Virus record (IMG/VR): IMGVR_UViG_3300045988_175974
Source: a virus
Strand: one strand, 5' to 3'
DNA: 64,000 nucleotides
Part shown: positions 35,724 through 44,887 of the stretch, piece by piece
How positions within the stretch are numbered: the stretch's first letter is position 1
Layout of the letters: each line of letters opens with the position of its first letter
The notes under the pieces: generated by a model
Database searches by the model: none
Told to the model about the DNA's origin: nothing
What the model saw: only the letters and a program-made list of their open reading frames with translations
Position numbers and translations under genes: made by a program

Positions 35724-35759
35724 CAAAGTTACGAAATTATTTTTAGGTGGCGGGGACAA
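35724..35759 (-). promoter_or_regulatory. TTGTCCC-N21-TAnnTTTG promoter-like motif P6 (orphan)
   Basis: Minus strand TTGTCCCCGCCACCTAAAAATAATTTCGTAACTTTG; starts 10 nt after the GNAT stop codon. Confidence 0.55.
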
Positions 35760-35768
35760 GGTATCGCC

Positions 35769-36128
35769 TCAAAGCCTCTTTACCAGCAGCAGCGGACCGC
35801 CTATGCCACAAGCCGTCACCACGTAGCCAAGGCGCTTATACCACTGGAGAACGAAAGACTCACTCTCCTTGTCATATTCCAACTGCACAGACTTGCATCC
35901 TAATTTCTTGGCTTCCTTCTCCGCAGTCTCCATCAGAAGGCGTGCCACACCCTGCTTGCGATATTTCTCATCCACCCAAAGGTTATAGATGGCGCAATCG
36001 GCATGCTGATAATATTTATCCTTATACTCTCCAGGCTTCGGTATCTCCACCTGCACGGTGCCATGATTGATTTCATCCACGGCCACGATTTTCTTGTCAC
36101 ATTTCCAATCTTGAATCTGTATCATCAT
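35769..36128 (-). CDS. GNAT-family N-acetyltransferase
   Basis: LWVDEKYRKQGVARLLMETAEKEAKKLGCKSVQLEY is a motif A-type acetyl-CoA binding block. Confidence 0.75.
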   Translation of the reverse strand: MMIQIQDWKCDKKIVAVDEINHGTVQVEIPKPGEYKDKYYQHADCAIYNLWVDEKYRKQGVARLLMETAEKEAKKLGCKSVQLEYDKESESFVLQWYKRLGYVVTACGIGGPLLLVKRL

Positions 36129-36175
36129 ATCTGTTTGATTTAGAAAATTTCTTCTACCATATTATTCACTTTTTA

Positions 36176-36204
36176 GGACCAGCGATAGAATCGCTGGGGA
36201 CGGG
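36176..36204 (+). repeat. hairpin repeat copy 6
   Basis: ggaccagcgatagaatcgctggggacggg; ends 1 nt before the stop codon of 36206..37399; 48 nt upstream of ATG 36128. Confidence 0.95.
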
Positions 36205-36205
36205 A

Positions 36206-37399
36206 CTAGGCGAGCTTAGGCATCTTTTCGATGTTAAAGCCGTAGTCTCTTATCAATTTCATGCAGGTATCTTCTGTAAGGTTCTGCCAATCGATGCTAT
36301 CTTCGTCTAGGAATAGCGGTTTCGGGAGAGAATCCTTTATCTTCATAAACAAATCCTGTACTCGCTCTACTGTGCCGCAAGAACGATAGTATGCCTTGTA
36401 ATCGAAATAGCCGAATACCAGACTTTCAAAAACCTTATAATTACGAGCAGGGTTAACGATACGCACCCATCTGAGCATAGGGAAATGAGTTTTTTCTACT
36501 GCCAATAGAGCATGATAACGCTCCAGCGCGATGGCTTTTGCCTTTTCACGACTGATGGCCGAAACAAAGAACGAGAAATATATACAATCTTTTTCCTCCT
36601 TCGTGAACTTTACTGCATCAAAATACGTGAATCCAAGATTACGGGCAGAAACTCCCTTTACTTCCGAAGATGCCCCTATGGAAATATCAACCTCATACCA
36701 GTCTTTGCGCATAAGCATCTGCTCATCGTCAAAGCTGTATAGCTCAATGCTTCTATCCCCATCCTTATCAGCAAATATCTCGGCTTTTTTCTTATCTGAA
36801 AATACGCCATCGATATGATAATCGCTATAGCAGCCCGATGTTACTACATAGGCGGTTTTAGGTTCACCAACGGGTGCTGTAAATAGGGCATAGATGGATG
36901 TTGCAGGAACCCAGTTTAGATTAACGATATACTCGACTTTGTATAGTTCAGGATGTTTCACTGCAAAATCCCTACATAGTTTAGGAGTTCCTTCGTATGC
37001 CGGATCACCATTCGGATCGAAACTGAAATGATCAATTACCTTTGGTCCGATTTCATCCATAACAAACAAGTCCGGTCTTTCTCTATTACCCTTCACGTCC
37101 TCTAGATACTTTCCTTCTGCCCATTCTATCGCCTGGTAGAACTCATCATCGAGATACATATAGCCTAAATAAAATTCTCGAAATGCCTCTTTGCCTTCTT
37201 CAGACAAGGCTTGCGCCTTGACATCATAGAAGCGGTCTTCGTCCAGATAGTAAAACATATCTGGCAAATCTTTCACGATGAAGAGAGAAGCATCATCGCA
37301 GCAAACGATAAACGGTTTGCTGAAGTCAATATCAAAATCCTCATCGGTAATAGGATGCCAAAGGGATTTCACCTTTTCTTGTTTTGTATATAAACTCAT
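36206..37399 (-). CDS. hypothetical protein
   Basis: 397-aa ORF. Confidence 0.6.
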   Translation of the reverse strand: MSLYTKQEKVKSLWHPITDEDFDIDFSKPFIVCCDDASLFIVKDLPDMFYYLDEDRFYDVKAQALSEEGKEAFREFYLGYMYLDDEFYQAIEWAEGKYLEDVKGNRERPDLFVMDEIGPKVIDHFSFDPNGDPAYEGTPKLCRDFAVKHPELYKVEYIVNLNWVPATSIYALFTAPVGEPKTAYVVTSGCYSDYHIDGVFSDKKKAEIFADKDGDRSIELYSFDDEQMLMRKDWYEVDISIGASSEVKGVSARNLGFTYFDAVKFTKEEKDCIYFSFFVSAISREKAKAIALERYHALLAVEKTHFPMLRWVRIVNPARNYKVFESLVFGYFDYKAYYRSCGTVERVQDLFMKIKDSLPKPLFLDEDSIDWQNLTEDTCMKLIRDYGFNIEKMPKLA

Positions 37400-37421
37400 A
37401 TTTTTTATTGTTTTAAAATAA

Positions 37422-38069
37422 TCAGTTGGCGATTAAATGAATAAGTTTTTCTGAATCCGTCATGATATTTATCGGACGGAAATGCTTATTCAAGTATTCC
37501 TCCGGAACATCATTCAGATAACCCTGCCATGCAGATTGTATATAGTTATCAGGGGCAAGCCAATCTATACTGACCTGACAATACTCATCGAGAATAGTGC
37601 CCACGAGGTCGCCTATCTTTAATGATGACGGATGCAAACGACATTCTTCCTTTTTATTTTTTACAGGCGGTATCTGCACTATCTTTTCGCCGATAAGATA
37701 AGGAGTAACGATACTCACATGTTTGCTACCATCGGCATTGAAGCCATTATGCTTAATGGTGAAAGCATTTGCTTTTCCTATTAAGTCGAGGGGCATTGTC
37801 TGAATCGCTTCTGCAAGACTTGGCTTAAAAAGCATCGGATGGTCATAGGTATGTTCTGCTTCAAAAGAAGGAAATACCTGTCTTACTTCTTTCTTGCGAC
37901 AATAATCTTCAGACGGATCATTCCATACACACGACTGGTGAAAGATATTCACTTTCGGATATTCAAAAAGCGCATACTCTTTTGTCTTCAAATCAAAACG
38001 GAAGCAGATAACGCTGATGCCTTCAGCTATCTTTTTTATCTGTTCCTTTGTAAATTCAATCTTTTCCAT
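37422..38069 (-). CDS. hypothetical protein
   Basis: 215-aa ORF. Confidence 0.6.
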   Translation of the reverse strand: MEKIEFTKEQIKKIAEGISVICFRFDLKTKEYALFEYPKVNIFHQSCVWNDPSEDYCRKKEVRQVFPSFEAEHTYDHPMLFKPSLAEAIQTMPLDLIGKANAFTIKHNGFNADGSKHVSIVTPYLIGEKIVQIPPVKNKKEECRLHPSSLKIGDLVGTILDEYCQVSIDWLAPDNYIQSAWQGYLNDVPEEYLNKHFRPINIMTDSEKLIHLIAN

Positions 38070-38102
38070 AATCTATTTTTTATCTGATGCCTTGCTTTGA
38101 TT

Positions 38103-38432
38103 CTAGAACTTTTCTTTTATCTCTATATCTCCATTTGCTGCGAGCCTTACGGTACATGGACCGGACGCATACCAAAAAGATGAGTAGTCAAAGGTGAGAA
38201 TTTTATCTTTCCTTGATTTCATAAAAACCTTATCTGATAATAACTCATCTTTCGATACAGGTATCTCGTATCGGCTGAAACGAAGATGGTCTTTTATCTG
38301 ATCATCCCATCGCGGTGCCGTAAGCCAGGTATAATAAAGCTCGTTGAGATAACGGGCTGGGGAGAAGTAAATCAATGCCTCTCCCTTCGCCTTCTGGAAT
38401 GCCGGGCTGGATAATAATTCTTGTTTTGTCAT
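38103..38432 (-). CDS. hypothetical protein
   Basis: 109-aa ORF. Confidence 0.55.
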   Translation of the reverse strand: MTKQELLSSPAFQKAKGEALIYFSPARYLNELYYTWLTAPRWDDQIKDHLRFSRYEIPVSKDELLSDKVFMKSRKDKILTFDYSSFWYASGPCTVRLAANGDIEIKEKF

Positions 38433-38440
38433 TCCATTTA

Positions 38441-39160
38441 CTACTTATGAATACGAATAAGACTAGGGATGCAGCAATCGTAAGTTTTATACACTGGCTC
38501 CACGTAGCTGACTTCGGGATTTGTATCACGCATAGTGTTTATTTCATCCAGGGAATAAGACCACAAACTGTAGGATTGAGTGAAACCTATGTAAAGAATA
38601 GAACCTTCATTGTCATAGCCAGCAAGACGGCCGAGAAAATTTCCCTTCGCCTTACCAGCCGTAATCAGAACTTGACGACCGTGATAGAGATGATAAATCT
38701 CTTTAACCGTCAATCCGGAAATATCCTCGAACTCGGAATCACCAAGCGCAGGCGTATTCTTCTGCTCTGCCATATCCACTTTAGGCTCTACTCTACCTTT
38801 TGCAGGATCTACACCCATAGCAAAAAAAATTTTAGAGGCTATTTTTTCTTCTTCACGTTTACATCGATGCCTTAACTTTAAAGCCATAAGCTTTGTCTTT
38901 CTCCAGCTATCAGCCCAGGAGAGAAACCAAAAACCTACGGAGAAACCAGCCAATACCACGATGGTTGCCTCTAGGCAGCAATCGTATATCTCCTGCGATA
39001 AAACGCAAGGATGAGTATAGATATTCTTCAACTTGCCGAGACCATAGATAAGGACAACGGCTAAAACGGGTACCAAAAATGCCAACAGGTTAACACCGAT
39101 AACCTGAGCGTAATACTTCAATTTACTTTTCATAATTTTATTCTTTACTTTTTGTTGCAT
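38441..39160 (-). CDS. membrane protein (two N-terminal hydrophobic segments)
   Basis: VIGVNLLAFLVPVLAVVLIYGL and ATIVVLAGFSVGFWFLSW. Its 5' end overlaps the 3' end of the radical-SAM gene 39138..40115 by 23 nt. Confidence 0.55.
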   Translation of the reverse strand: MQQKVKNKIMKSKLKYYAQVIGVNLLAFLVPVLAVVLIYGLGKLKNIYTHPCVLSQEIYDCCLEATIVVLAGFSVGFWFLSWADSWRKTKLMALKLRHRCKREEEKIASKIFFAMGVDPAKGRVEPKVDMAEQKNTPALGDSEFEDISGLTVKEIYHLYHGRQVLITAGKAKGNFLGRLAGYDNEGSILYIGFTQSYSLWSYSLDEINTMRDTNPEVSYVEPVYKTYDCCIPSLIRIHK

Positions 39161-40115
39161 AAATTTCTCTTATCTCATCGAGTTTTGCGATACACATATC
39201 TCTGTACGTATCCTCGAAGTTTTCAGCTTGTTTATACATGCTATCCTTCACCATAAAACGGCAAGGGAGGTCGCGTGCCAGAAACTTAACCGCAGTCATG
39301 AAACCGAAAAACTCGTTAGGATCATATCTATCTTTCTTGATAGGCGACTGAGCACCGATACGTATCTCATCCGTAATCTGATATGTTTTCTTAATTACTT
39401 CCGATGCGGTATGAATGCTCGTTATCGGCTCCAAAGACACAAAGGTCTTAACCAGGTATTTATCGCGCAACTCACGTAAAGCTTCGATGCGCTCCTCAGT
39501 AGAAGGAGCACCAGGCTCCAACTTATCTTTACCAGTGATAGTAAAACCGATGGTGAGGTGGCGGGCTATATCCTTATAATCTGTTGTAAGGTCTCGAAGT
39601 GTACACTTCCACAAATCAGTCTGCGACCAATTTACGTTTTTTGTTAATATCGTGACCGGAATACGGTCGAATAGTAAATATAAAACCGTCTGCTGCAGGA
39701 TAAGCATATCTGCCTCTATATCGAATGGGTCGCAGGTGAAAGAGAAAAAGATACCGCCATCTTGACGTATTCTATCTATTCCTATCTTCTCTAGATCCTT
39801 CGAGATAAGATCACGGGCAGCAACAAGACTTTCATGGTTTACAACACCTTTCTTAATAGCATCATGTGCAGTCATATTGTTTTTCTTCAGATATTCATTG
39901 AGCAACTTATCTCGCTGCTTGATGATAGGTGCTGCCAGTTCCGGCTTATCACCGAAGACATGGCTCAACACCCCTCTGCGGTTATAACAATACGTACAGC
40001 CATTAGAGCAACCATGGTATAGATTGATTGCCCACTTGGCATATTCACCAGCCGCACCCTGCGGCTGATAAATCAATGCTCCCTTTACAGGAGTTTCTTT
40101 CGTTTCTGTTTCCAT
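39138..40115 (-). CDS. radical SAM protein (SplB / COG1533-like)
   Basis: NLYHGCSNGCTYCYN is a CxxxCxxC cluster in the context typical of the spore-photoproduct-lyase-like family. Confidence 0.7.
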   Translation of the reverse strand: METETKETPVKGALIYQPQGAAGEYAKWAINLYHGCSNGCTYCYNRRGVLSHVFGDKPELAAPIIKQRDKLLNEYLKKNNMTAHDAIKKGVVNHESLVAARDLISKDLEKIGIDRIRQDGGIFFSFTCDPFDIEADMLILQQTVLYLLFDRIPVTILTKNVNWSQTDLWKCTLRDLTTDYKDIARHLTIGFTITGKDKLEPGAPSTEERIEALRELRDKYLVKTFVSLEPITSIHTASEVIKKTYQITDEIRIGAQSPIKKDRYDPNEFFGFMTAVKFLARDLPCRFMVKDSMYKQAENFEDTYRDMCIAKLDEIREIYATKSKE

Positions 40116-40118
40116 ACG

Positions 40119-40913
40119 CTATTCTTTTTTATCTTCTGGCTTTTCAATCAAAAATCCGATACCAGCGTGGATATTACCAAGCTTATACCACTTCTGGCTG
40201 AGAGTCATCACATAGCTGCTGAAGGCATTCTCTTCGATATCCAACTCGAAGGCTTCGTCAGTATCAGGCTCACCGTGTCTGATATAACCTTTACCTGGGG
40301 TATAAATGAGACGATAGTAAACGCCATCTTTACAGAGATAAAGACCGCTGTTCTCGCAATCAGAACTCCACCATTTCGGGTTTCTTACATAGCAAAGCAT
40401 TACATCGCCATCGTAGATAGGAATATATGATTTCTTGCCATTATTCTCGCCTACGTAATCTTTGGCATCAACATTATCTACCTGGCGGGCGGTAGCCGTT
40501 AGCGTATAGCCGTTCTTTATCATTTCGGCTATATCAAGATATGCAACCTGCCATTGCAAATTAAACTCCTGCTGAAAACGCTCATCACCTCTTTTAAAGA
40601 ATGCAAGGATATTTGGCTTTCTATCCTCGCCAATGGCTGCGGTATCTTTGATGAGAGAGTTTAAGACTTGAATCTTGCTAGCTTCCACCGCCATGTTTAT
40701 CATGGAATAAAGATACCCGTCCTTCTTATCTTTGATACTCCAATACTGACCCGAAGATATCTTACGTAGATCACCGTACATATCCATCGCTTCACGCTCC
40801 TGAATATTATGCAGATGACAGACAAACTTGTATTGGTCGGGATAAACGCATTCCACCATATTACTAAACTTTAGCATATTCTTGATGATGCTTACATAAT
40901 CTTCTGTTTCCAT
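40119..40913 (-). CDS. hypothetical protein
   Basis: 264-aa ORF; TAGCGTATG junctions on both sides. Confidence 0.6.
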   Translation of the reverse strand: METEDYVSIIKNMLKFSNMVECVYPDQYKFVCHLHNIQEREAMDMYGDLRKISSGQYWSIKDKKDGYLYSMINMAVEASKIQVLNSLIKDTAAIGEDRKPNILAFFKRGDERFQQEFNLQWQVAYLDIAEMIKNGYTLTATARQVDNVDAKDYVGENNGKKSYIPIYDGDVMLCYVRNPKWWSSDCENSGLYLCKDGVYYRLIYTPGKGYIRHGEPDTDEAFELDIEENAFSSYVMTLSQKWYKLGNIHAGIGFLIEKPEDKKE

Positions 40914-40916
40914 ACG

Positions 40917-41381
40917 CTATTTTTGTTTATTTTCTAAATCTTCACTCTGTTCAAAATTCTTATTCCAGCAGATGATGGTATTATTTTCAGGTATTCTACA
41001 TACGAAACCTGGGCAGCACCAGCATTCAATGGAATCTGTTCTGATAAGGCAATCGTTATATTCAGCCTTTTCTCCGTGAGGGCACGGGGCATTCGTAGGG
41101 TACTCCGTAGCTACGACTTTCACCTTATCATAAATAGAACGAAGTCTGGTATTTAAAGTGCTAATTCTCTTATACAACTCTCTATTCTCTTTTTCCAAAT
41201 CGTTGTTGCGTTTGTATATCCTATAAGCGGCATTTCCCTCCCATCGTTCGTACTGCTTACGGAAGCGATGGTTGGTGTACTTACGGAAGAACTTAGACTT
41301 ACTACCCGATTCTATGATAAGGTCAAAGATAAAGCCTGCAATCTTCTCCTTCACCTGTTTCATATTTATCTTCATATACAA
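40917..41381 (-). CDS. hypothetical protein with Cys-rich C-terminal half (probable ATG at 41375)
   Basis: The track start is a TTG; the first ATG is at 41375. Contains CPHGEKAEYNDC...CWCCPGFVC...C. Confidence 0.55.
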   Translation of the reverse strand: MYMKINMKQVKEKIAGFIFDLIIESGSKSKFFRKYTNHRFRKQYERWEGNAAYRIYKRNNDLEKENRELYKRISTLNTRLRSIYDKVKVVATEYPTNAPCPHGEKAEYNDCLIRTDSIECWCCPGFVCRIPENNTIICWNKNFEQSEDLENKQK

Positions 41382-41387
41382 TCGTTT

Positions 41388-41957
41388 TTAATATCTATCA
41401 ACTAATCTTTTGTGCATCATATAATAATGAAATGGGCGAGGGTCGTTTGGCTTGTCTTGGTGATAGCCCATGCCGGCAAGCCACTTATCTGCCCACGTCT
41501 CGGGTTTTGGCTTAATATCCCAATTTACAAACAGAATATGCACGCCATAACCTCTCGCTCTAGCCTCTAATGTTTTTATCATTAGAGAGCCAATGCCCTT
41601 CTGCCGATATTCCTCGCTAACGATGAAGCTATTGATGTAGCCACACACCGGATCTTTTCTTATCGGGTTATAGGCAGGATCAAACTCCATTAAGGCGAAA
41701 GCGGTACCAGTTAGATTTGTAAGGGTAAGAACATTTTCTTTCCAAGAACCATCGTGAGCATTCCAACATTTAATCTCTTTAAGATATGATATAAAAACGA
41801 ACTCCGGTTCTCTGGCTTCATTATCTGATAAAATTGCAGTTTTAACTTCTGCCTCATGAATGAGATTATCTGCAATTCCATCAAGATAATTTTTCTCAGT
41901 CGCTAACAAAAATGCCTTCAATCTCGCCGCCAAGGCTGCACGCTCTTCTTTTTCCAT
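41388..41957 (-). CDS. GNAT-family N-acetyltransferase
   Basis: FIVSEEYRQKGIGSLMIKTLEARARGYGVHILFVNW is a motif A block. Confidence 0.7.
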   Translation of the reverse strand: MEKEERAALAARLKAFLLATEKNYLDGIADNLIHEAEVKTAILSDNEAREPEFVFISYLKEIKCWNAHDGSWKENVLTLTNLTGTAFALMEFDPAYNPIRKDPVCGYINSFIVSEEYRQKGIGSLMIKTLEARARGYGVHILFVNWDIKPKPETWADKWLAGMGYHQDKPNDPRPFHYYMMHKRLVDRY

Positions 41958-41968
41958 ACGCTATTTCT

Positions 41969-42586
41969 TTAATTTAACAATATAGGTAATCTTCTCCACA
42001 CCCCGCCATTAGGCTGGAACTTGTTCTGCCAATCACGATACTCTACGTCGAAACGAACCCCAAGGTCTATGAATTGTTGGAGATTCAATGTAGAAAGAAG
42101 CTCGTCATTTTTCTCCTTGCGGTCCATCAAGATAAGCCTACAGCTTTTCATTGATGCGAAGATATGAAAGAAGCAATCGAGTGCATTCTTCCCTAACATA
42201 CCTTGTATAGCCCAACGTTCGCGGTTGGTTCCTTTAGGCGAAATATTCACGCCATCAATATCGGTATAAACCTTGTTTTTGTTCCATTGCTCTACGTTGT
42301 GGTACATAGAATATCCCGAAGTATAAACATAAAGGTTTTCTATGTTTTTATATTGACCTCGCAGATTTTGCACGAAATCAGCAAAGTAGGGAATCTTGAA
42401 AGGTTCACCACCTGTCAGCAACACCGTTTTAGCGTTGTTAAGTTCCTCTACCGTTACAACCGGAACAGAATCTAAAAAGTATTGGTCATTACAGCATAAC
42501 ATGCAATGATTATCACAATTTGTATTTAACATCAGATGGATAACGGAATGATCCGCATTTTCTTCGTCTTCATATACTCTTATCAT
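41969..42586 (-). CDS. small radical SAM enzyme (NrdG/QueE-like size and motifs)
   Basis: NTNCDNHCMLCCN (CxxxCxxC) and LLTGGEPF. 205 aa with no extra C-terminal Cys clusters. Confidence 0.65.
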   Translation of the reverse strand: MIRVYEDEENADHSVIHLMLNTNCDNHCMLCCNDQYFLDSVPVVTVEELNNAKTVLLTGGEPFKIPYFADFVQNLRGQYKNIENLYVYTSGYSMYHNVEQWNKNKVYTDIDGVNISPKGTNRERWAIQGMLGKNALDCFFHIFASMKSCRLILMDRKEKNDELLSTLNLQQFIDLGVRFDVEYRDWQNKFQPNGGVWRRLPILLN

Positions 42587-42589
42587 ACG

Positions 42590-42724
42590 CTACTTCTTTT
42601 TTTTCTTATTACGTTTATTTAGTAAATACTGCCCGTAGTCTTTTGGGGTAGGAATCATCATAAATGATTTATCCGCCATTGTAAATTCCGGGTGATAATA
42701 ATAATCTCTAAGACTTTCTTTCAT
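42590..42724 (-). CDS. small basic ORF, 44 aa (MKESLRDYYYHPEFTMADKSFMMIPTPKDYGQYLLNKRNKKKKK)
   Basis: Manual translation; bounded exactly by two TAGCGTATG junctions. Confidence 0.4.
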   Translation of the reverse strand: MKESLRDYYYHPEFTMADKSFMMIPTPKDYGQYLLNKRNKKKKK

Positions 42725-42727
42725 ACG

Positions 42728-42991
42728 CTATTTTCCCTTTTCTTCCTGTTGAACATCTTCTTTTTTATCCTCCACATATTTCTTGCCGCAGAAAGGGCAA
42801 TACTGGGGGAGGATATTTATCTGGTTCCACTTTTCACAGAAGGAACCATCCTTCTTCTGCTTATGGAATAGACCATAGATGTTTACCATCGCAATGCCCG
42901 ATGGGACACCGATACTTGTATCAAGGCAACCGCTCTCGTTAGTCTTTGCCTTAACCAATTTCTCTACTCTGCTAATACAATCACATGCCAT
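42728..42991 (-). CDS. small zinc-ribbon-like protein
   Basis: 87 aa with MACDC...C...CEKW...YCPFCGKKY. Confidence 0.55.
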   Translation of the reverse strand: MACDCISRVEKLVKAKTNESGCLDTSIGVPSGIAMVNIYGLFHKQKKDGSFCEKWNQINILPQYCPFCGKKYVEDKKEDVQQEEKGK

Positions 42992-43031
42992 AATCTTTAA
43001 TGTTTTTATTTGTTTTTAAACTCTTTGCTCT

Positions 43032-43487
43032 TTATCCAAACAGAACCCCCGGAAGCAGAGGTGCAATGTCGATCTTTCTCATTTCATCATCTATAAACAT
43101 ATAGCCCAAACTGCGAAGGTTGTCTAGGACATCCTTTACTTGATCTTGACTAGGAATATAGAAATTATAATCATCATATCGCATTAAACCTATATCTTTA
43201 TATATAGCATTGGCGCAACGTGAAGACGCAACGCTTTGGTAATTCTTTGCGTGAGGGTCTGAAATATGAACCGTCATTCCTGCTCGCTCAATATAAATAC
43301 CAAAATGCAATACAATACCACCATCAGAAGGAAGAACCTGCTTTACGCAAACATACGCTCTCAGAAATCTTGTCTCAGCTCTCGGCGTTTCAATAAGGTA
43401 TATTCTACCTTCTGCCAGCTTATCCGCATCTACACGCTCGGTGTAGGTATCATGAGGATATGACTTAATATAATCTTCTTCTTTCAT
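43032..43487 (-). CDS. hypothetical protein
   Basis: 151-aa ORF. Confidence 0.55.
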   Translation of the reverse strand: MKEEDYIKSYPHDTYTERVDADKLAEGRIYLIETPRAETRFLRAYVCVKQVLPSDGGIVLHFGIYIERAGMTVHISDPHAKNYQSVASSRCANAIYKDIGLMRYDDYNFYIPSQDQVKDVLDNLRSLGYMFIDDEMRKIDIAPLLPGVLFG

Positions 43488-43494
43488 ACGCTAT

Positions 43495-43638
43495 CTAAAA
43501 TTTATGTTTATTGCAAACTTTGAAACACGAGGTTTCGCATTTTCGTTCTGCGCACCAGCCACTAGCTTGATAGTCTTTATCAACATCGTACCAATGGCAG
43601 TTGCCACAGAATCTATATACATATACTTCGTCGGGCAT
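43495..43638 (-). CDS. Cys6 mini-protein 1, 47 aa
   Basis: Manual translation MPDEVYVYRFCGNCHWYDVDKDYQASGWCAERKCETSCFKVCNKHKF; paralogue of 43642..43782. Confidence 0.5.
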   Translation of the reverse strand: MPDEVYVYRFCGNCHWYDVDKDYQASGWCAERKCETSCFKVCNKHKF

Positions 43639-43641
43639 ACA

Positions 43642-43782
43642 CTATTTATTTAAATGATTACCGCAAATGCTGCTGCATAATGTTTCGCACTGCTCATCAA
43701 TGCACCAGCCTTGGCCGTAGGCATCCTCATTGTCGAACCAGAAACAGTTGCCACAACATTTCTTTTCCTTCTTTTCTGCCAT
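43642..43782 (-). CDS. Cys6 mini-protein 2, 46 aa
   Basis: Manual translation MAEKKEKKCCGNCFWFDNEDAYGQGWCIDEQCETLCSSICGNHLNK. Confidence 0.5.
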   Translation of the reverse strand: MAEKKEKKCCGNCFWFDNEDAYGQGWCIDEQCETLCSSICGNHLNK

Positions 43783-43810
43783 ATTACTTGTATATTTTTT
43801 ACAAGATGAC

Positions 43811-43942
43811 TTATCTTTTTAATTTTAATACACCTAGTTTGGGGCGAGTATCAACATATTCGATTGCGGCACTCACAGCATCGTATATCTCTTTATCACC
43901 TATTACAAAATCATCAGCAGTAATTGTTCTTTGTTTTTTCAT
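43811..43942 (-). CDS. small ORF, 43 aa (MKKQRTITADDFVIGDKEIYDAVSAAIEYVDTRPKLGVLKLKR)
   Basis: Manual translation; TAGTGTATG junction at its start. Confidence 0.35.
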   Translation of the reverse strand: MKKQRTITADDFVIGDKEIYDAVSAAIEYVDTRPKLGVLKLKR

Positions 43943-44012
43943 ACACTACTTCTTTTTACTCTTGCGTTTTGTATAGATCTTTTTTATTTCTTCGTACTTT
44001 TCTTCTGTCATA

Positions 44013-44471
44013 TTATATATTCTTTGGACCAGCGATGGAATCGTTGGGAACGGGGGAAAGAAAGGTATCGGGGCTGAGGATGCCGAGCTGTCCGATGTTG
44101 TACGTATTGCGCTTAAAAATGACCGGAGCCCTAAAAGGCAGACGCTTTTTACACATTTCTACCCGGAATGGCGATATGCTGGACACTGGCAATACCGAAG
44201 ACGCAAGCTTCGTTGCATTGTAATGCTTACTTCCCCAAACCTCATTATCAAGAATTACCTCCATCCTGAGATTTCTTTCTGCATCTCTCCTTCCGAAATT
44301 ATCCGGAACATCATACAGCCAGGAATCTGCCGTACACACACTGCCGGAATAGTCTATCTTTACCGTCAGTGTTTCCGGTGGCATTAAGGATGCTCCGTCT
44401 TTACTTACCTTCACCTTTATTGCATCTGGTAGCAAATCACTTTTCTTGAGCTTAATATCTTCTTGTTTCAT
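44013..44471 (-). CDS. hypothetical protein (C-terminus runs through hairpin repeat copy 7)
   Basis: 152-aa ORF ending ...SPVPNDSIAGPKNI. Confidence 0.55.
   Translation of the reverse strand: MKQEDIKLKKSDLLPDAIKVKVSKDGASLMPPETLTVKIDYSGSVCTADSWLYDVPDNFGRRDAERNLRMEVILDNEVWGSKHYNATKLASSVLPVSSISPFRVEMCKKRLPFRAPVIFKRNTYNIGQLGILSPDTFLSPVPNDSIAGPKNI
44026..44056 (+). repeat. hairpin repeat copy 7
   Basis: ggaccagcgatggaatcgttgggaacggggg. The stem has one G:T on the plus strand. Confidence 0.9.
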
Positions 44472-44473
44472 AA

Positions 44474-44887
44474 CTATTCCTCCACTTTTATACCAAATGG
44501 AGTGCCGTCTGCAAAGGTGTAACCCTCCATAGCTTCTTTGAAAGATATTACAAAAGCATCATCAACAAATGATGGAACTTCAATACTTTCATCGTCACAG
44601 ATTGCAATAGAACGATAGGTATCTTCATCCACTAGCCACCCAAACGGCAAATGGTTTTGCATCTCAGCCCAGCACTCTTTTTTGTTCTTAAAAGGACGAT
44701 ACTTTGCTCCCGGCTTAATGCGGTAGCATTCGGGGCACGTTATGAGCGTAGAAGCATTTACTCCTTCCCCGCCAAAATCTATATCCATCCAATCGTCTCC
44801 AGACTCGACTTGAATAGTCTTGCCTTCAGCTATTGCCTGAAACAAAGGATTTAACTTCTGGATTGTTTCTTTATTTATTTTCATCAT
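44474..44887 (-). CDS. hypothetical protein
   Basis: 137-aa ORF; ATGA overlap with the upstream gene. Confidence 0.55.
   Translation of the reverse strand: MMKINKETIQKLNPLFQAIAEGKTIQVESGDDWMDIDFGGEGVNASTLITCPECYRIKPGAKYRPFKNKKECWAEMQNHLPFGWLVDEDTYRSIAICDDESIEVPSFVDDAFVISFKEAMEGYTFADGTPFGIKVEE

Noticed and set aside
41969-43782. Radical-SAM enzyme plus the Cys-rich mini-proteins as a RiPP (sactipeptide/ranthipeptide-like) cluster.
   Set aside because: The 205-aa radical-SAM protein has no SPASM/twitch-type auxiliary Cys clusters. No leader-peptide features, protease or transporter are visible. Four unrelated genes separate enzyme and peptides. It is kept only as a remote possibility within the operon finding.
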